From the human T2T-CHM13v2.0 reference genome, Homo sapiens: a stretch of 64,000 bases of DNA. A program made the translations under genes and the position numbers. Where the stretch lies: NCBI RefSeq assembly GCF_009914755.1, contig NC_060932.1; one strand, written 5' to 3'. Under the pieces are notes generated by a model. That model was not told the DNA's origin, ran no database searches, and was given only the letters and a program-made list of their open reading frames with translations. The stretch's first letter is position 1, and every line of letters starts with the position of its first letter. Positions 1 through 14,095 of this stretch are shown piece after piece.

Positions 1-3000
1 GAACCTTCCCCAGGATCTCACTCTCAGTGACATCTGGCACAAAGCACATGTTCCCAGGCCAACCCTTTGCTTGCCCAGCTACTCTGCCCCACCCCCCTAC
101 ACAAGTTAACTTTTAAATTCAAGTGTACTCAGTGTTCTCTACTTTCTCCACCCCTTCCCTCTCCAGCCCACAATGTTCTGTGAAAAACCAAAATAAAATG
201 GAAAAGCAAAGCAGAGTATTACGAAAAATAAATCAAGGCCACTCTTTTTAGGACCATCAAAGAGTGTTTGCATGGCAGTAAAAACAAGGGAATAAGCAGG
301 CTTTGGAAACAGTAGTTTTGAAAATACCCCCCAACATATTGTAAAGGGCACATATCTAAGCTGGTAACATTATTTTTAAAGTGCAAGGAAATGTTAAAAC
401 ACACATTTCAGTACAGTGGTTACCCCTGGGGTAGTCAGAGAATAGGATCTGGGAGGAGTGTGCAGGCAGCTTCCCTGGTGGTAAATCTTAAAGTGGAAGG
501 TGAAATCACAAGTTTTGCTTTATTATTATTCTACCCAGCTCACGCATATGTCACATACATTCTCTTTATGCATCACATTATATGTAGTATTTATAAAGAA
601 ATAAGGGAAGCAGCAAAACTGAATTTAAAACAAATGCTTATCAGAGAGAAATAAAGAAAGAGAGGAGAGAAAGAAGAAAAGAAAGAAAAAAGAAAACGTG
701 ATCTTATTCCTAGACAGGTTCACATTCTAGTAGAGAAAGGAGCCATCTAAAAAATTATTATTAAATATAACATGGTTACCATAACAATAGAATTTAAAAA
801 AAAACACTGCCTCTAAGGGCATACATAGTATTTAAGTTAACAACGATTGCATGTGAAGTTCAAATCCCTAAGTGTCTTTGCCTTAAAAATACAGTTTTAC
901 CCTTTATAAGTATCAATATTGCATTACTTTTCCTGGGACCCTTCCCAGACCCCAGAGTCTAGGTAACATGGTCATCCTCTGGGCTCCCACTGGACACTAC
1001 GCTTCCTCCTGAAACATATCACAACATACAGGGATCCCCTAGTTTATTGTTGTACCCAGTGCCTGGTCACTGCCTAGCACATTAATAAACATTCGTTTAA
1101 AAAAACAAATGAGTAGCATTACCAGGTTCAGTTCTTTTAAATGGTAGCTGAGACTGAGAAGAAAAGGAAGGGTGGAAATGCTGAGTTGGAGAATCTTATC
1201 CAAAACTTGAGAATGACCCAGTGTTGCATGGGAAAAATCCCTTTACTGTCCCTGGTTCTCTGGGCTGGGCAGTATAGGAGGCTATGGAGCAATCTGCAGA
1301 TTCTAAACCATTGCCCTCTGTGCACTAGTGCTTCTAAGCTCGTGGCTTGGGTCTTTCACTTCTTCCTCTAACGATGAGGGAAAGGGCATTGGATGTCAGG
1401 CAGTAACCCAGTATCGGATACAGGCATAGCCTTCATCTTTCAAGAACAGTCAGGCCCGCCAGTAGTCTCGGCAGAAATCAGATCTTCCTGGCAGAGGCTC
1501 ACAGAGCCTGCCTATCTCAACCTCAGAGGTGAGTACAAGAAGCCAAACACTCAGGAAGATCCAGTTTCCCTGAATAATGTTGCTGCCATGTAAGACAAGG
1601 AAGCATCCCTTACTCTGAAAGTGCCACAAACTCTCCTGATGGAAAAGGATGCAACAAATAGAAACGTCAGCTGAGACCTCAGAAAGCTCCCCAGATATGA
1701 CCCGAATATCATGACAGAAGCACCAGGTACCAGCAAGCAACTGACGAACTGTGCACCATCAGAGCATGTGCATGTGTGACTAATAACAATGGAATAGAAA
1801 GTGGGGCATTATTTTGTTCACAGACTAGCAGAATATAAGTAAAAGTCACCATGCTAGTGGGGATATTGCTAAGGATTTAATTGTTCCATTGCAACTTTAA
1901 AATAGAAGGCTTATTCTAGCTAGGCCATCTGAGTGATATTGCATCTGAAATTATGTTTAGCTAAACATATTCAGCATGTATGAACATACATTGATTCCAA
2001 GTTCCCAGCCTCTCAAGACCTCATTTTAAACCACATCCTACAAATGCTACCCCCCTGCTCCTTTTTTTCATTCAAGTGACTTGGTATAGTCCTTGGTGCA
2101 CATGCCACGTTCTTTCCAGGGAAAACAGAAGGAAAGAAGAGAATATGCCAGAAGAAGTGGAAATTAAAGTGGCATTAAAATAAATATAAAGCTGCAAAAT
2201 ATAATCTGGGTCAACTCTTCATGCGTTTTAAAATAAGCACCAGCAGGCTCAGCACATATGGCATTGGTTTTATGTATTTTTTTGGCTCAGATGTCACACA
2301 GAATTAGTGCAAAAGGAAAAATCCCAGCATGGGGCCTATTTTTATACAGATTAATCAATCATATCCCATCTCCTCCTCTCCCATCATTCCCCAAACTTTG
2401 AATCTAATGAAAAATGAAATTGCTTTTTTTCAAACTACATCATGGAAATCCTTTCAGGAAAAAAAAGAACTTAATATTTGAACCTAGATTTTAATCATCA
2501 CATTTTAAATTCAAGTTGTAAATATTAACTAGACTTATGCTATGGCTCAGACTGTGGTATCTTACCCATTTTGTTAATAGCAAAACAATTTCATATATAT
2601 ACATACATACACATATATATAGCTATTTAGCAAAACAACAAAGTCACACATTTGAAAAGGAAACAAAAACCACTACTGTATATTTCACTTTTTGTTAGGT
2701 ACATTCTCATGTACATAAAATCCCACAATTCCCATCAAAATGTTAAGCACATAGTAGATTCTTAGTAAGTACTTGATAAGAAATTTGATAGGCTGAATCA
2801 AATTGAAACAAAGAATTGTTCAAGCTATTAGCTAATGCCTCCCTTGACTACCAGGCATTGTAAAAATGATGATAACGTTTATAGTAATCACAATACAATA
2901 GAAGTTAATTTTTTTGTATGCCATATGCCATTGATTATTTCACTGAATTTTCAAAGCAGCCTTATGTGAGGGGTACTCTTACTATCTCCACTACATAGAG

Positions 3001-4392
3001 GAAAGAAAAGTTTTAGAGAAAAGAGTCAGATATTTTGAGGTTAAAAATAAATCCCATACTATGCTGGTTTTTAGAGGTGGGCAGGGGACTTCATTGCAGA
3101 TCCACTGAGAAAGGGATATGGGGCTTTATACTGTTAGTGCAGTAAAAATTTGGAGAAAGTGTCATCCACATGGTTTCCAGGGCTCCAAAATCATGATCTC
3201 TATAGAATTTCTCACACACCCATGTTTGTCTGCTATTCCATCTACTGTTAGAAATTATACTTATGAAATATTAAGTTAATCACCTAAAGTTTGACCCCAG
3301 TGACAAAGCCAGGGACAGAGTAGTCCTTGGTACATTCACATTCTCAAAGGGTGGTATCTTTTCACTGTTCTGGGCAATTAAAATTGAGCCATGACTAACC
3401 GTTGGAAAAGATGACATAAAAACAGTGTGCCCTTTGCCTAAGTAGTCATGAGCATAAAAAAGTAAACAAAGTTAACAATCTAGCATAATGCTGTGTTCAC
3501 TTTTTTATATGATTAAAGATGAATTTCTCTTATACTAATATAGTATATGTTTTGCTTTTTGTTTAGAGCTGCCAGATGTCAGCTATATATGTGAACAATC
3601 TAAATATCTTAATTTTACACAATTTTAAAGTTACCGAACTAAAGTTGGAGTTACCATAAACATAGTATTTCTTTTGTTTCTACTAATTAATTTTACCACC
3701 ACAGGCATTAATCATTTGCCCAGCAGATGAAAAGTACTTTAAGATGACTCATGTGTTTTACAACACTACAAACCCAACCTTTATGCTCTTGGAATGTACA
3801 GTAAAGAGGAAGTGTTAGGTCAAATTAGTTAATAAAAATAAAAATGTTCCACATCCCAATTCCATGAACATTAACTGTTTCAGAATTTCTACTGGATGCC
3901 ATGTGAGAAAAGTAAATTAAAACTGGCCAGAGAGATGTGTTCTGAGTAATTTTCATGGTAATCAGGCAGACATGGGTATTCCCTTTCCTAATCACACGAA
4001 CAGGCTCTCTCTTGATAATAAATACATCGTGTTTCAGCCTACACAGAGGCCCACTTCAAACTATGTGCAGTGCCAATTAGCGTTAATTGTGGCTGTGTTC
4101 ATCTATTCCCTTACCACACCACTGGTAAGGCCAGGCTTTTCATTTACAAATGCAACATGCAATGCTCATGGTTGGAAGAGCATTCTAAATATAATTGCCA
4201 ATGGTCAGTCTTTTTCATTTTGGCATCAAATTGACTTACAATTGCACAAATAGACTTACAAATGACAAAGAGTATTTAAAATAACACATGTGTATATTTT
4301 TAAAAGTTTAGTTATAAGACCATGCATTCAGAGTATCTGAGAGGTGAAGATGAAAACTTGTTTTAGGCTCCATTTTGGCCTACCACAACTAA

Positions 4393-4394
<2 letters not shown>

Positions 4395-4448
<54 letters not shown>
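4395..4448. repeat. (CA)27 microsatellite
   Basis: Perfect CA run; reads (UG)n in SYBU pre-mRNA. Confidence 0.97.
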
Positions 4449-4450
<2 letters not shown>

Positions 4451-4504
4451 CTAGCCTCTGTGATCCAATATAATTATTTACTTACTGTGACTAATACTAC
4501 TTAC

Positions 4505-4541
4505 TTAGAAGGTAAGCTCCATAGACTTTCATGGCAAACAT
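4505..4541 (-). CDS. SYBU: Probable alternative first coding exon of SYBU (MFAMKVYGAYLL + 1 nt)
   Basis: gcaATG TTT GCC ATG AAA GTC TAT GGA GCT TAC CTT CTA A|GTAAGT: consensus donor hexamer, phase 1 like the exon 3 donor, X-box-like motif 155 nt upstream. Confidence 0.6.
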
Positions 4542-4695
4542 TGCCTCTGCAAACAGCCTCCCAGCACAGGCTGGGGTATGTCTTTTGCAGAAATACAGTG
4601 TGTGCAGCTCATATCTCAGTAGAGTACAGTCTCAGAGTGGGGTATCCATGGAGACTGAGCCTTCTGCATGTGCAGGGCAAGGAAGTTACTCTGCT

Positions 4696-4709
4696 GGCAC
4701 CATAGCAAC
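4696..4709. promoter_or_regulatory. RFX X-box-like motif GGCACCATAGCAAC
   Basis: Perfect AGCAAC half-site, one mismatch in the other half; upstream of the candidate first exon at 4541. Confidence 0.45.
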
Positions 4710-4974
4710 AGGAGGCAGAGGGAAAGCCAGCCTATCAGGGAAGAGCACAGGGCCTTCTCCCTGGTGACTGCAGTGTTCCAATGAAACCATCGCCCTCATG
4801 AATGGACACAAAGGATTTGAAGAAATACCAAATTGTCAAATAGAAGTAAATGCCTACACAACAGTCAAGATGAATCCTCGGACAATATTGGACCAAAACG
4901 TATAGAATCTTTCCACATTGATTATAATATCCCAATGGGCAAGCAAGAAATTATATCAAACCCCACACAGCCCT

Positions 4975-5010
4975 AAATTTTATGGCAAACACAAATTTTA
5001 TGGCAAACAC
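4975..5010. repeat. Perfect 18-bp tandem duplication
   Basis: AAATTTTATGGCAAACAC x2. Confidence 0.95.
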
Positions 5011-6283
5011 CAAGCACTTTGAGAAAAATTCTTGGTGTACTCCATGAATTCCAGCTATTTAAATATGCATGACAATTCACAACACTGCCCAGAAGAAAGG
5101 AATAGGGGAGCCTGATTATTCTGAGGACAGAAAATGGAATACAGAGCTCTCTGGAACAATTTAAGGCAGATTCCCTCTAAATAGAAGTTTGCTCAGAAAA
5201 AATGTTTAGTAAGCTTCCACCAAAGCTCTCCATTATTTCAGAATAAGTCTTACTAAGAAGGCATCTGTGACAGAATAAGACTAATGCAGATGAGATGCTG
5301 AGTGGACATTCAAATGCCTTAAAGTTGTGCTATTCGTAAACTTTTCTTATTTCCCATTTTATAATAATAATAAAAGTGATCATTTATTGAGCACATACTG
5401 TATGCCAGGCAAATATTGTCACTACAAACACAGCTCACTGTCAAATGCCAACACCGATTTTTGCTAAGATAGAGGATGTGCATGTTTACCCCTCAGTGTT
5501 GTGTAGTATTTAGGTAATGCATACATTCTGCTACATATCTAACACCTTTCATGATTTTCACAATAATGCAAAGAAGCTACATATTAATTATCCCCTCATA
5601 TTACAGTTAAAGAAAAAGAGAGAATATTTCCTTATGTTACCAAATAAACTCCCCCGACCCGTGCTGCTCTGCAGGTGACCTGGTCCACTCTACCTCAATG
5701 TCTAAATATAAGGTGAAGAACCCCTCCTCCTGCAATTACCTCTCAGAAAAGAAGAAATCCCCTTACATTAGAGTCCTTCCAAAGCCTCTTATTACAGGGC
5801 TCTCTCCTAATTACCTTCTTTGAACAAAAAGTGCCATTTGCAAAAGACATATCCTTCTGAATTGGCTGCAATCAGTGCTAATTTTGCTTCCCTTTGGAGA
5901 GTCAACTGATGGAATTGTTTAAAATGGAAGAGACAAAGAAATTCACAAACAGATTTTGTAATTATTCCTATGGTATGACTCCTTCAGCCTTTTAATGATC
6001 ACTTTAAATAGAAATACTGTCAGTGGCTAAGTTGTAGCAATCACAAAAACCTATATTCCTTTTTGCTCTCTCAATTCAGTGACTGAATAGCTTTCGATAA
6101 TGAAGGATACTCATATATGTATACAAGAATATATGAATATACAGAAAAACCAGCTGTCCCATGCTATCCAGTGACAACCTGCTTGCTAGTTGTACACTAA
6201 TGTCCTTCTCTATTCTCCTTTTCCATAATAAGCACCCATTTGACTCTGATGTCCTGGCTATAACTGGAAATGACATGTGCCAT

Positions 6284-6380
6284 GGAGTTCAAGGCTACAT
6301 TGAGCTATGATCACACCACTGAACTCCAGCCTGGGGGACAGAGCAAGACACTGTCTCTCTAAAATAATAAATAATTAAAA
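6284..6380 (+). mobile_element. Old Alu monomer 3' fragment (FLAM/AluJ)
   Basis: ggagttcaaggctac..tgagctatgatcacaccactg.actccagcctggg...A-rich tail. Confidence 0.75.
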
Positions 6381-6419
6381 CACCTAAAAATCTCATTAGG
6401 AAAATTAGGGGATCTTATA

Positions 6420-6960
6420 TATTTACTGTCTCCCTATGCTTTTCTGTATTTCCACCACCTCCATCCTAGGCTAAGCCATCCAAATTTAGTGTCTTGCTTC
6501 CAGTTTCACCTCATGATAATCCAAGCTCTACAGAGTCGTCAGAGGGATCCCAAACATGTAAATCAAATCATTTCTCCCTTCTTAAAACCCTCCAATGTCT
6601 TCACATTACTCTAAGGATATAGACTTCAGCTGCTACCACTCTTCTCCTTTCCTAACTCACCGCTCTGCCCACCACCTGCCACCCCATCCCCAACCCTCCT
6701 TAAGCACGGAACAATAAGGTTAAAGTCTCAGCTCAAATGTCACCACCCCAGACACTCCCCTGACTATCCCCCATCACTCTCCAGTTACCTTGTTTTACTT
6801 GTCACCATCTGAACTTATCTTGTTTGTGTGCAAGCATCAGCCATCTCCCCCACGTTAAAGGTAGGCATCTTGTTTTTTCACTCCTCTATCCTTAATGCCT
6901 GGAACAATGGTGTCAGCATAGAGCAAACACTTAATAAATATTCATCAAATGAATGAATGA
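6420..6960 (+). mobile_element. L2 3' fragment
   Basis: tctcagctcaaatgtcacc...tgcctggaaca...aataaatatt...aatgaatgaatga L2 tail. Confidence 0.65.
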
Positions 6961-7319
6961 AAGCTAGTAAATGTACAGCCAGGAGTCAAACCTATGTTTA
7001 GCAGAAACCTCTTCTTGATTACGTGGTGAAATGAGGGTTCCCTTTCCTTTAGACTCCTTCAGAGCGTCACCTTCTTGCAATGTTACAAATATGCCAGTCC
7101 GTGTATGTTGGAATACAAGCCTATTGCAGCTGTGCTGCTGAAGCATTACTCCACTTGACCGCAGTCGGCATTCATATAGCTTACTTGGCTGCTCTTAGAT
7201 ACAGGCTTAGGTGGTGGAAGAAATTAACCCATCGAATTGCCCAAGTGAACATACTATGCTGTTCAACAGGTAACTTTCTGTAAATAATCCTACAGTTCAC
7301 CAAAATGCCATGCAACAGA

Positions 7320-7595
7320 TTGTACCAGCAGACAGTGAGGTCCAGGTATTTATCCCTCTGGCCCCTTTTCTGCTGGTGGCTGCATTCCTCTGCTAAAGTC
7401 CATAGTTCCTTCACAGGTGGCCTTGAAGTTCTCTCTCTAGGTTGGTAACTCTACCCTCCTCTTGCTCCTTCAGGATGCAGGAATGGCCCCAAGCTGTTGC
7501 CAGCACCCAGTATTTTACCATACTTTATCGAATCCCCTTAATCATGCACATACCTTTGCAGTCAGTCTCTTCAATAAATGCTCCTCAATTAGGGA
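7320..7595 (+). mobile_element. ERVL LTR33-like fragment
   Basis: ggtaactctaccctcctcttgctccttcagg...gctgttgccagcacc...cctttgca...ttcaataaatgctcctcaatta resembles an LTR33 3' end. Confidence 0.5.
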
Positions 7596-8654
7596 GGTGG
7601 GGAAAGCCCAACCTAAAGCATATATCTGCATGATCTACAATGCTTGGTTTAGAAGTCTGTGTGTAAAAGAAGTTTCCAGGTTTATTTCTGTTATGCTGAC
7701 AGTTGATAAATACGTTGAATGGTGGGTATCTGGTCTGCTGGAGCTTCCACTACTTTTGAGAGACCTATAACGCTTCCTTCTCAACACATTAGAGTACTGA
7801 GTAAGCATTTGGCAGGCCCCCAAATCAGTGGCTAAGAACACTGTGCATGCAATAAATCCCAGTAGACCCAGGATTTGGATGGCAATTACCTTTGGAAAGA
7901 AGAGGATTATAATTCACTAATTCTTAGGGAAAAACCATTAAAGGGCCATTTGGCACCATTACATCAATTGGGTGCATCATCGAAAACACAGATGGGAGAA
8001 AGGCATGAGAGAAAATATGTAACCCTGCCATAAAGATAAACACTAAGTCCACTTATCACATTTAAGCTTTATTTTACTGGTTTGGTCCCTGCTGGGGAGA
8101 TGTGATAAACTATAAAATGGCCTGCCATAAAACATGATCTGCTGTATCCTAGGGGAGCATTCTTTCTCTCAGGGTGAAAGAAAGTTTTAGAGATCTATTT
8201 CAGTATAAATACAAAAGCTCTTGCTTAAGCTGACAAACTCTAATGATTTTCATTTAAGAAAATATTCATGATATGCAGGGTAGCACATAAGACATTTTGA
8301 CATGTGAAGAAAGGACTAGCTCATGATTAAGTAGAAAACACTGACGACCTTAACATTTTTTGCTATTCATATCTTTATGGTTTATTTTTACTGATTTGCA
8401 TCCAAATGGCCTTGTATGTCCAACTTTCTGTACTTCATTGCAGTTACATTGAGGCTCACTGATTTTGTTACTGGCAACTGTCAACATAATGTACATATGG
8501 ACTGTATCAGCTAATTTATAAAAATTAGTAGGAATTTTTAGGGCTCTACCAACATTTTAAAAAATTGTGTTTTATATCAACACGTCTTTCTTAATTTTAA
8601 CACTCTCCTAGTGCAATTAAAATTACTCCTTTGAAGGTGGACTTTACTACTATG

Positions 8655-8870
8655 GCCGCGGTTAAGAGTTAGGAGCAAGGCTACCCTGTTTAAAATCCAT
8701 TTACAAGCTGTGTGACCTTGGATGAGTCACTTAACCTCCTTGTACCCCAGTTTTCCTATCTGTAAAATGAAGGATAATGATATCCCTTTCTTGCATTGAT
8801 ATTAGGATGAAATGAGTTAAGTGCTTGGAATTTTGCTTGGGACAGGCAGTGCTTGATAACTATTCGTTTA
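8655..8870 (+). mobile_element. MIR
   Basis: gctgtgtgaccttgg..gagtcacttaacctc...cagttttcctatctgtaaaatg core. Confidence 0.75.
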
Positions 8871-9236
8871 AAAAAACTAATCAAATTTCAGAGTGTTATT
8901 CAAGCCCACAGTTACATCTAATGTATCCTTCCAAATATTTTCATAAGGCTCATAGTATCTGAAATAGCTTACAGCCTGTATTTGAGGCTCGGGTTTGCTG
9001 CCGGAAGACCTTAGCTTATAACTGGCAAGCTATTAGAAAAATTATGCCTTGCCAAAGTATGCAGAATGTTTTCATATAACCAAAATCTTCCCGTTAGCAC
9101 TAAAATTTTAATTTTTTTCCACTCTATGGAGACACTGTTAAAATGCTTGGCACATTTTTCTGCCTTCATATACATTGTGTTTTCCAACTTCACCATCACA
9201 TTGATTCAATCTGCTTTTACATCAATTACTGCACTA

Positions 9237-9693
<457 letters not shown>

Positions 9694-12392
9694 TCATTGT
9701 CAGCCATCAGCTGTAAACTCATACTCCTGTCTGTCCTCCTAGAGCAACTATTCCTCTCCTTTTATGTGACATGGGATAACATAACCTGCTAGATTTTTGT
9801 TCCAAGTACATGCAAATTGTGTGTGAGAGTTTTTAGGAGTTTTCCTGTACATGAAGTGCACAGAATGTGTGGCATCTATTTTAAGAGCTACAAATGACCA
9901 TCAGTAACATTTAGTGAGGAATTACTTTCTGCCAGGTCCAACACAGAGCACTTGATATTCATTAATTTCACCTATTTCATATTTTCCATAACCTATTTTA
10001 CAGATGCAGAACACAGAGTCTCAAGAAGACAACAAGTAGCTAGAGATCACACAGCTACAAAATAGTGGTATAAAGACTTGAACCTAGTATGCTGGACTCT
10101 AGAGCCTAGTGGTTAGAAAGTTCTCCTCCCCCCCACCCAATAACACAAAAGTACTTTTTTTCCCCCAAGATAGGACAAGTTAGGTAACCTGGGGAGAGGC
10201 TGTGTAAATCTACACTCTCAACTCCCCTCTAGGTTGTTCAAGTTATTACAAGAATGGCCTACTCTAGGTAAGTTGTCTAGCTGTTTTATTTCACAGAACT
10301 AACTTTGAAGTGAAAGTGATGCTCATGGTAAGAACAGAAACATCTGTCAGCTTCACTGTGTGTGCATGAACCTCTATTAAGGGAATCAGTGTTGATTAAC
10401 CACTAACCTTGTTGGTGCCTTTTGAGTTTTCTAGCAAATGCTTCTGAATGTGGGAAATAAGGTTTTCTAAAGTAACCAATCCTCTGCTATTGTCGTAAGG
10501 TTATTAGAGTTCAGCTTAGCTAGGTCTCCAATTTCAGTAGCAGGGGTAGTGTCTGATGACAAGGGGATACTAACTTAGTTTGAATGCTAAGGAGATACAG
10601 TGACATCTTTCACATGCAGATTTTAACATTTCAGTTTCTAAATGTGGATTCTTGTAAATTTTAGTGACCCTAACCATTTGCTCTTTACCAGTCTCCTTAA
10701 TAGCCTCCAGTGCTTTTCTCCTTTCTCACTTTCTACTTATTTGTTTAAATTGTGTAATGGTTTTCCCATCTCTCTAACCTTGTGGACAAAAAGATTTAGT
10801 ACTTCCCTTTGTAAAACAATGACATTAGATCTTTTTCTTCCTTGCTTTAAGATATTCCCCAAGTAGGAAGTCAAGCCTTAAATGAGGCCCAGCACTGTCA
10901 TTTAATGTTCTAAGGAAGTAATCCAATTAGGTAGGTCTTTCATTTCTGGGTAGAAACAGTTTCATCAGGAAACTGACTGCAAACTAAATACGGGAGGAGC
11001 ACCTGGGAGCAGGAACACCTCAGATTCCTAAAACATTTCCCAGTTGTAAAGCCTTCATTTATTTTCTTCTAATCTGTACCACAGTCCAAACTTATCATAC
11101 AGTATTCTGCCTTAAATTACAAGCTCCCTAAAAGCAGGGATGCTGTGGAGGAGGTTCTTTGTCACAACTTCCCCACGCTCCTCCCACACAAAACATAATC
11201 TCTTGCACAAAGTATAAGCTCTACTTCTCATTTAAGTATTTATTGGACAGCTTTAATACTTTATGACAGACACAAATTAGGCTCTGCAGATTCAGCCTTG
11301 CGTGTTTTGCAGAGTTGTAGATAAAAGAGAAACATGAAAACACAAAGCCACCATCCAACTGGACTGTAGTACTGTTTTCTTTTGCTCCTTGGTGGCAATT
11401 TTTAATTAAATCTGCATAGGCATTAAGTGATAGAAGCCAAAATGACAGAAGGCTCACCGCCTCCAAGAAGTTTCCAGAACCAGTTCCTGCCTGGAAACAG
11501 GAAGGGCTTTCCTGCTGCGTGTGCTGCCGGGCCCTGTTGGCAAGGTACAGGCTTGCTCGGCTCACCTTTCCAAGCCCTTCCCCGAGGTCCTGTGACATAT
11601 TTCCCTTCTTCTTCTGCATCATACACTCAGGGAACATTATTAGCTCTTTATCTTAATGACCAAAGGGGCATTTTAATAACTCCTTCCTGAGGTGAACAGC
11701 AGTGTTCCAGAATCTAGAGCAAGAGACCTAAAATTAAATGGGCTTAGGTTACTTAATATTAAAGAGTCCCTGAGCCTCCGTATAAGAGCCACTAATTGCT
11801 TGCTATTTTAATAAATTGGTATTGTTATTAATGAGTTGACTTATTTTTAAAAAAGTAGAGCATGCATCAAGAGTTGAAGATCCATTTTGGCTGAGAGGAG
11901 ATGGTCGCTTGGGGCTATGGAGGAGGCAGGACATTTTGACCTGAGAGCAGTATCCTCTTGTGTTTTAACAGATTATGTCTCTGGATTCTATAAATTTTAG
12001 AGTCATCCAGGGGCCTCGCTTCCAGGATTTCCTCTCTTCATATTTATGAGACTGACAGGTTTTTTCTGCTAAAAGTTCAGAGAACTATAGGTCACGGTGC
12101 AGATTTTTGTCAAAGAACTTACCGTACAGAATTAGGTCGCACTCAAAAAAGCTGTAGCAACGTTTCCAGTGATGACATTAGAAATTTTAGGCAACTAAAA
12201 AAATAAGCTTTAGGGACCCCTTTACCTTGGTTAAATATGAATAAATAAAAAGATCACCAGCTAAAAACTGCTCAGGTGATATTTATGCCTCTGAGCAATT
12301 ACATTAGAAGCAGTTGACAAAGTTAACAAAAGCGGTTGTTTGAGGCTTTGGCTTTGGGGAAGGGTCATTGAACTAGGATTCATAAATGCTAA

Positions 12393-12903
<511 letters not shown>

Positions 12904-13404
12904 TATTCCCTGTGATTTCCTCATGAAGATGGAGAGCCATAATACTTCTCATCAAGATGAGTGGCTGCTCTTTAGCAAATGAGTATTTTCTACAGGATTA
13001 GGGAATTGCTCAGTGTGAATTCTGTATATATACACAGAGTTTTAAGTATTTTGTTAACATATAATTATTATGATTATTGAAACAAGGAAGGGCCATGATA
13101 ATATTAACGCTCATATAAACTTAGTTTGTTCTTACTGTGCCATACTTGTCTACTGTTTCACTGTTTCCTTGTATTGCCATCACCATAAAATGTTTTGGGA
13201 ATGAGGTGGTGGGGGTGGGCTGAGGATAACAAAAATAAAATCATTACAGGTTATGTTAAAACCCTACAATAGCTTCATGATGAAACATACTTTTTTTTTT
13301 TTTTTCAATCTATGAAGCTGACATTCTTTCCTACATCATTTTATCTTCTGAATCCCATAGCCTACCTTTGCTGTTGAGGTCAACAAATGTTGACTGAGTC
13401 TCTA

Positions 13405-13754
<350 letters not shown>

Positions 13755-14095
13755 CGTATGAAGTACTGATGTACACCACATGGGTGAACATTGTAAACAT
13801 TATTCTAAGGGAAAGAAGCCATGTACAAAAGCCCACATACTGTATAATTCCATTTGTTTGAGGTGTCGACAATAGGCAAATAGAGGCAGAGAGTAGGTTA
13901 GTGCTTTTCAGGGACTGGGGAAAGGGGGAACAGAGTGCTGATGGACTTGGGGTTTCTTTTTGGGAGTGATACAAACTTTTTGGAATTAGTAAATGGTGAT
14001 GTTTGCACAACAGTTTGAATAGGCTAAAAACTATTGAATTGAACACTTTATAGGGTGAATTTTATGGTATATGAATCATATCTCAATTTTTCAAA
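13755..14095 (+). mobile_element. Old L1M (L1MB-like) 3' end fragment
   Basis: gaagtactgat...gaaagaagcc...catactgtataattccattt...gggtgaattttatggtatatgaat is typical of an L1MB 3'UTR. Confidence 0.6.

Noticed and set aside
1244-1262. Partial REST/RE1-like CTGTCCCTGGTTCT
   Set aside because: Too many mismatches to the RE1 consensus and probably within an old LTR-like remnant.
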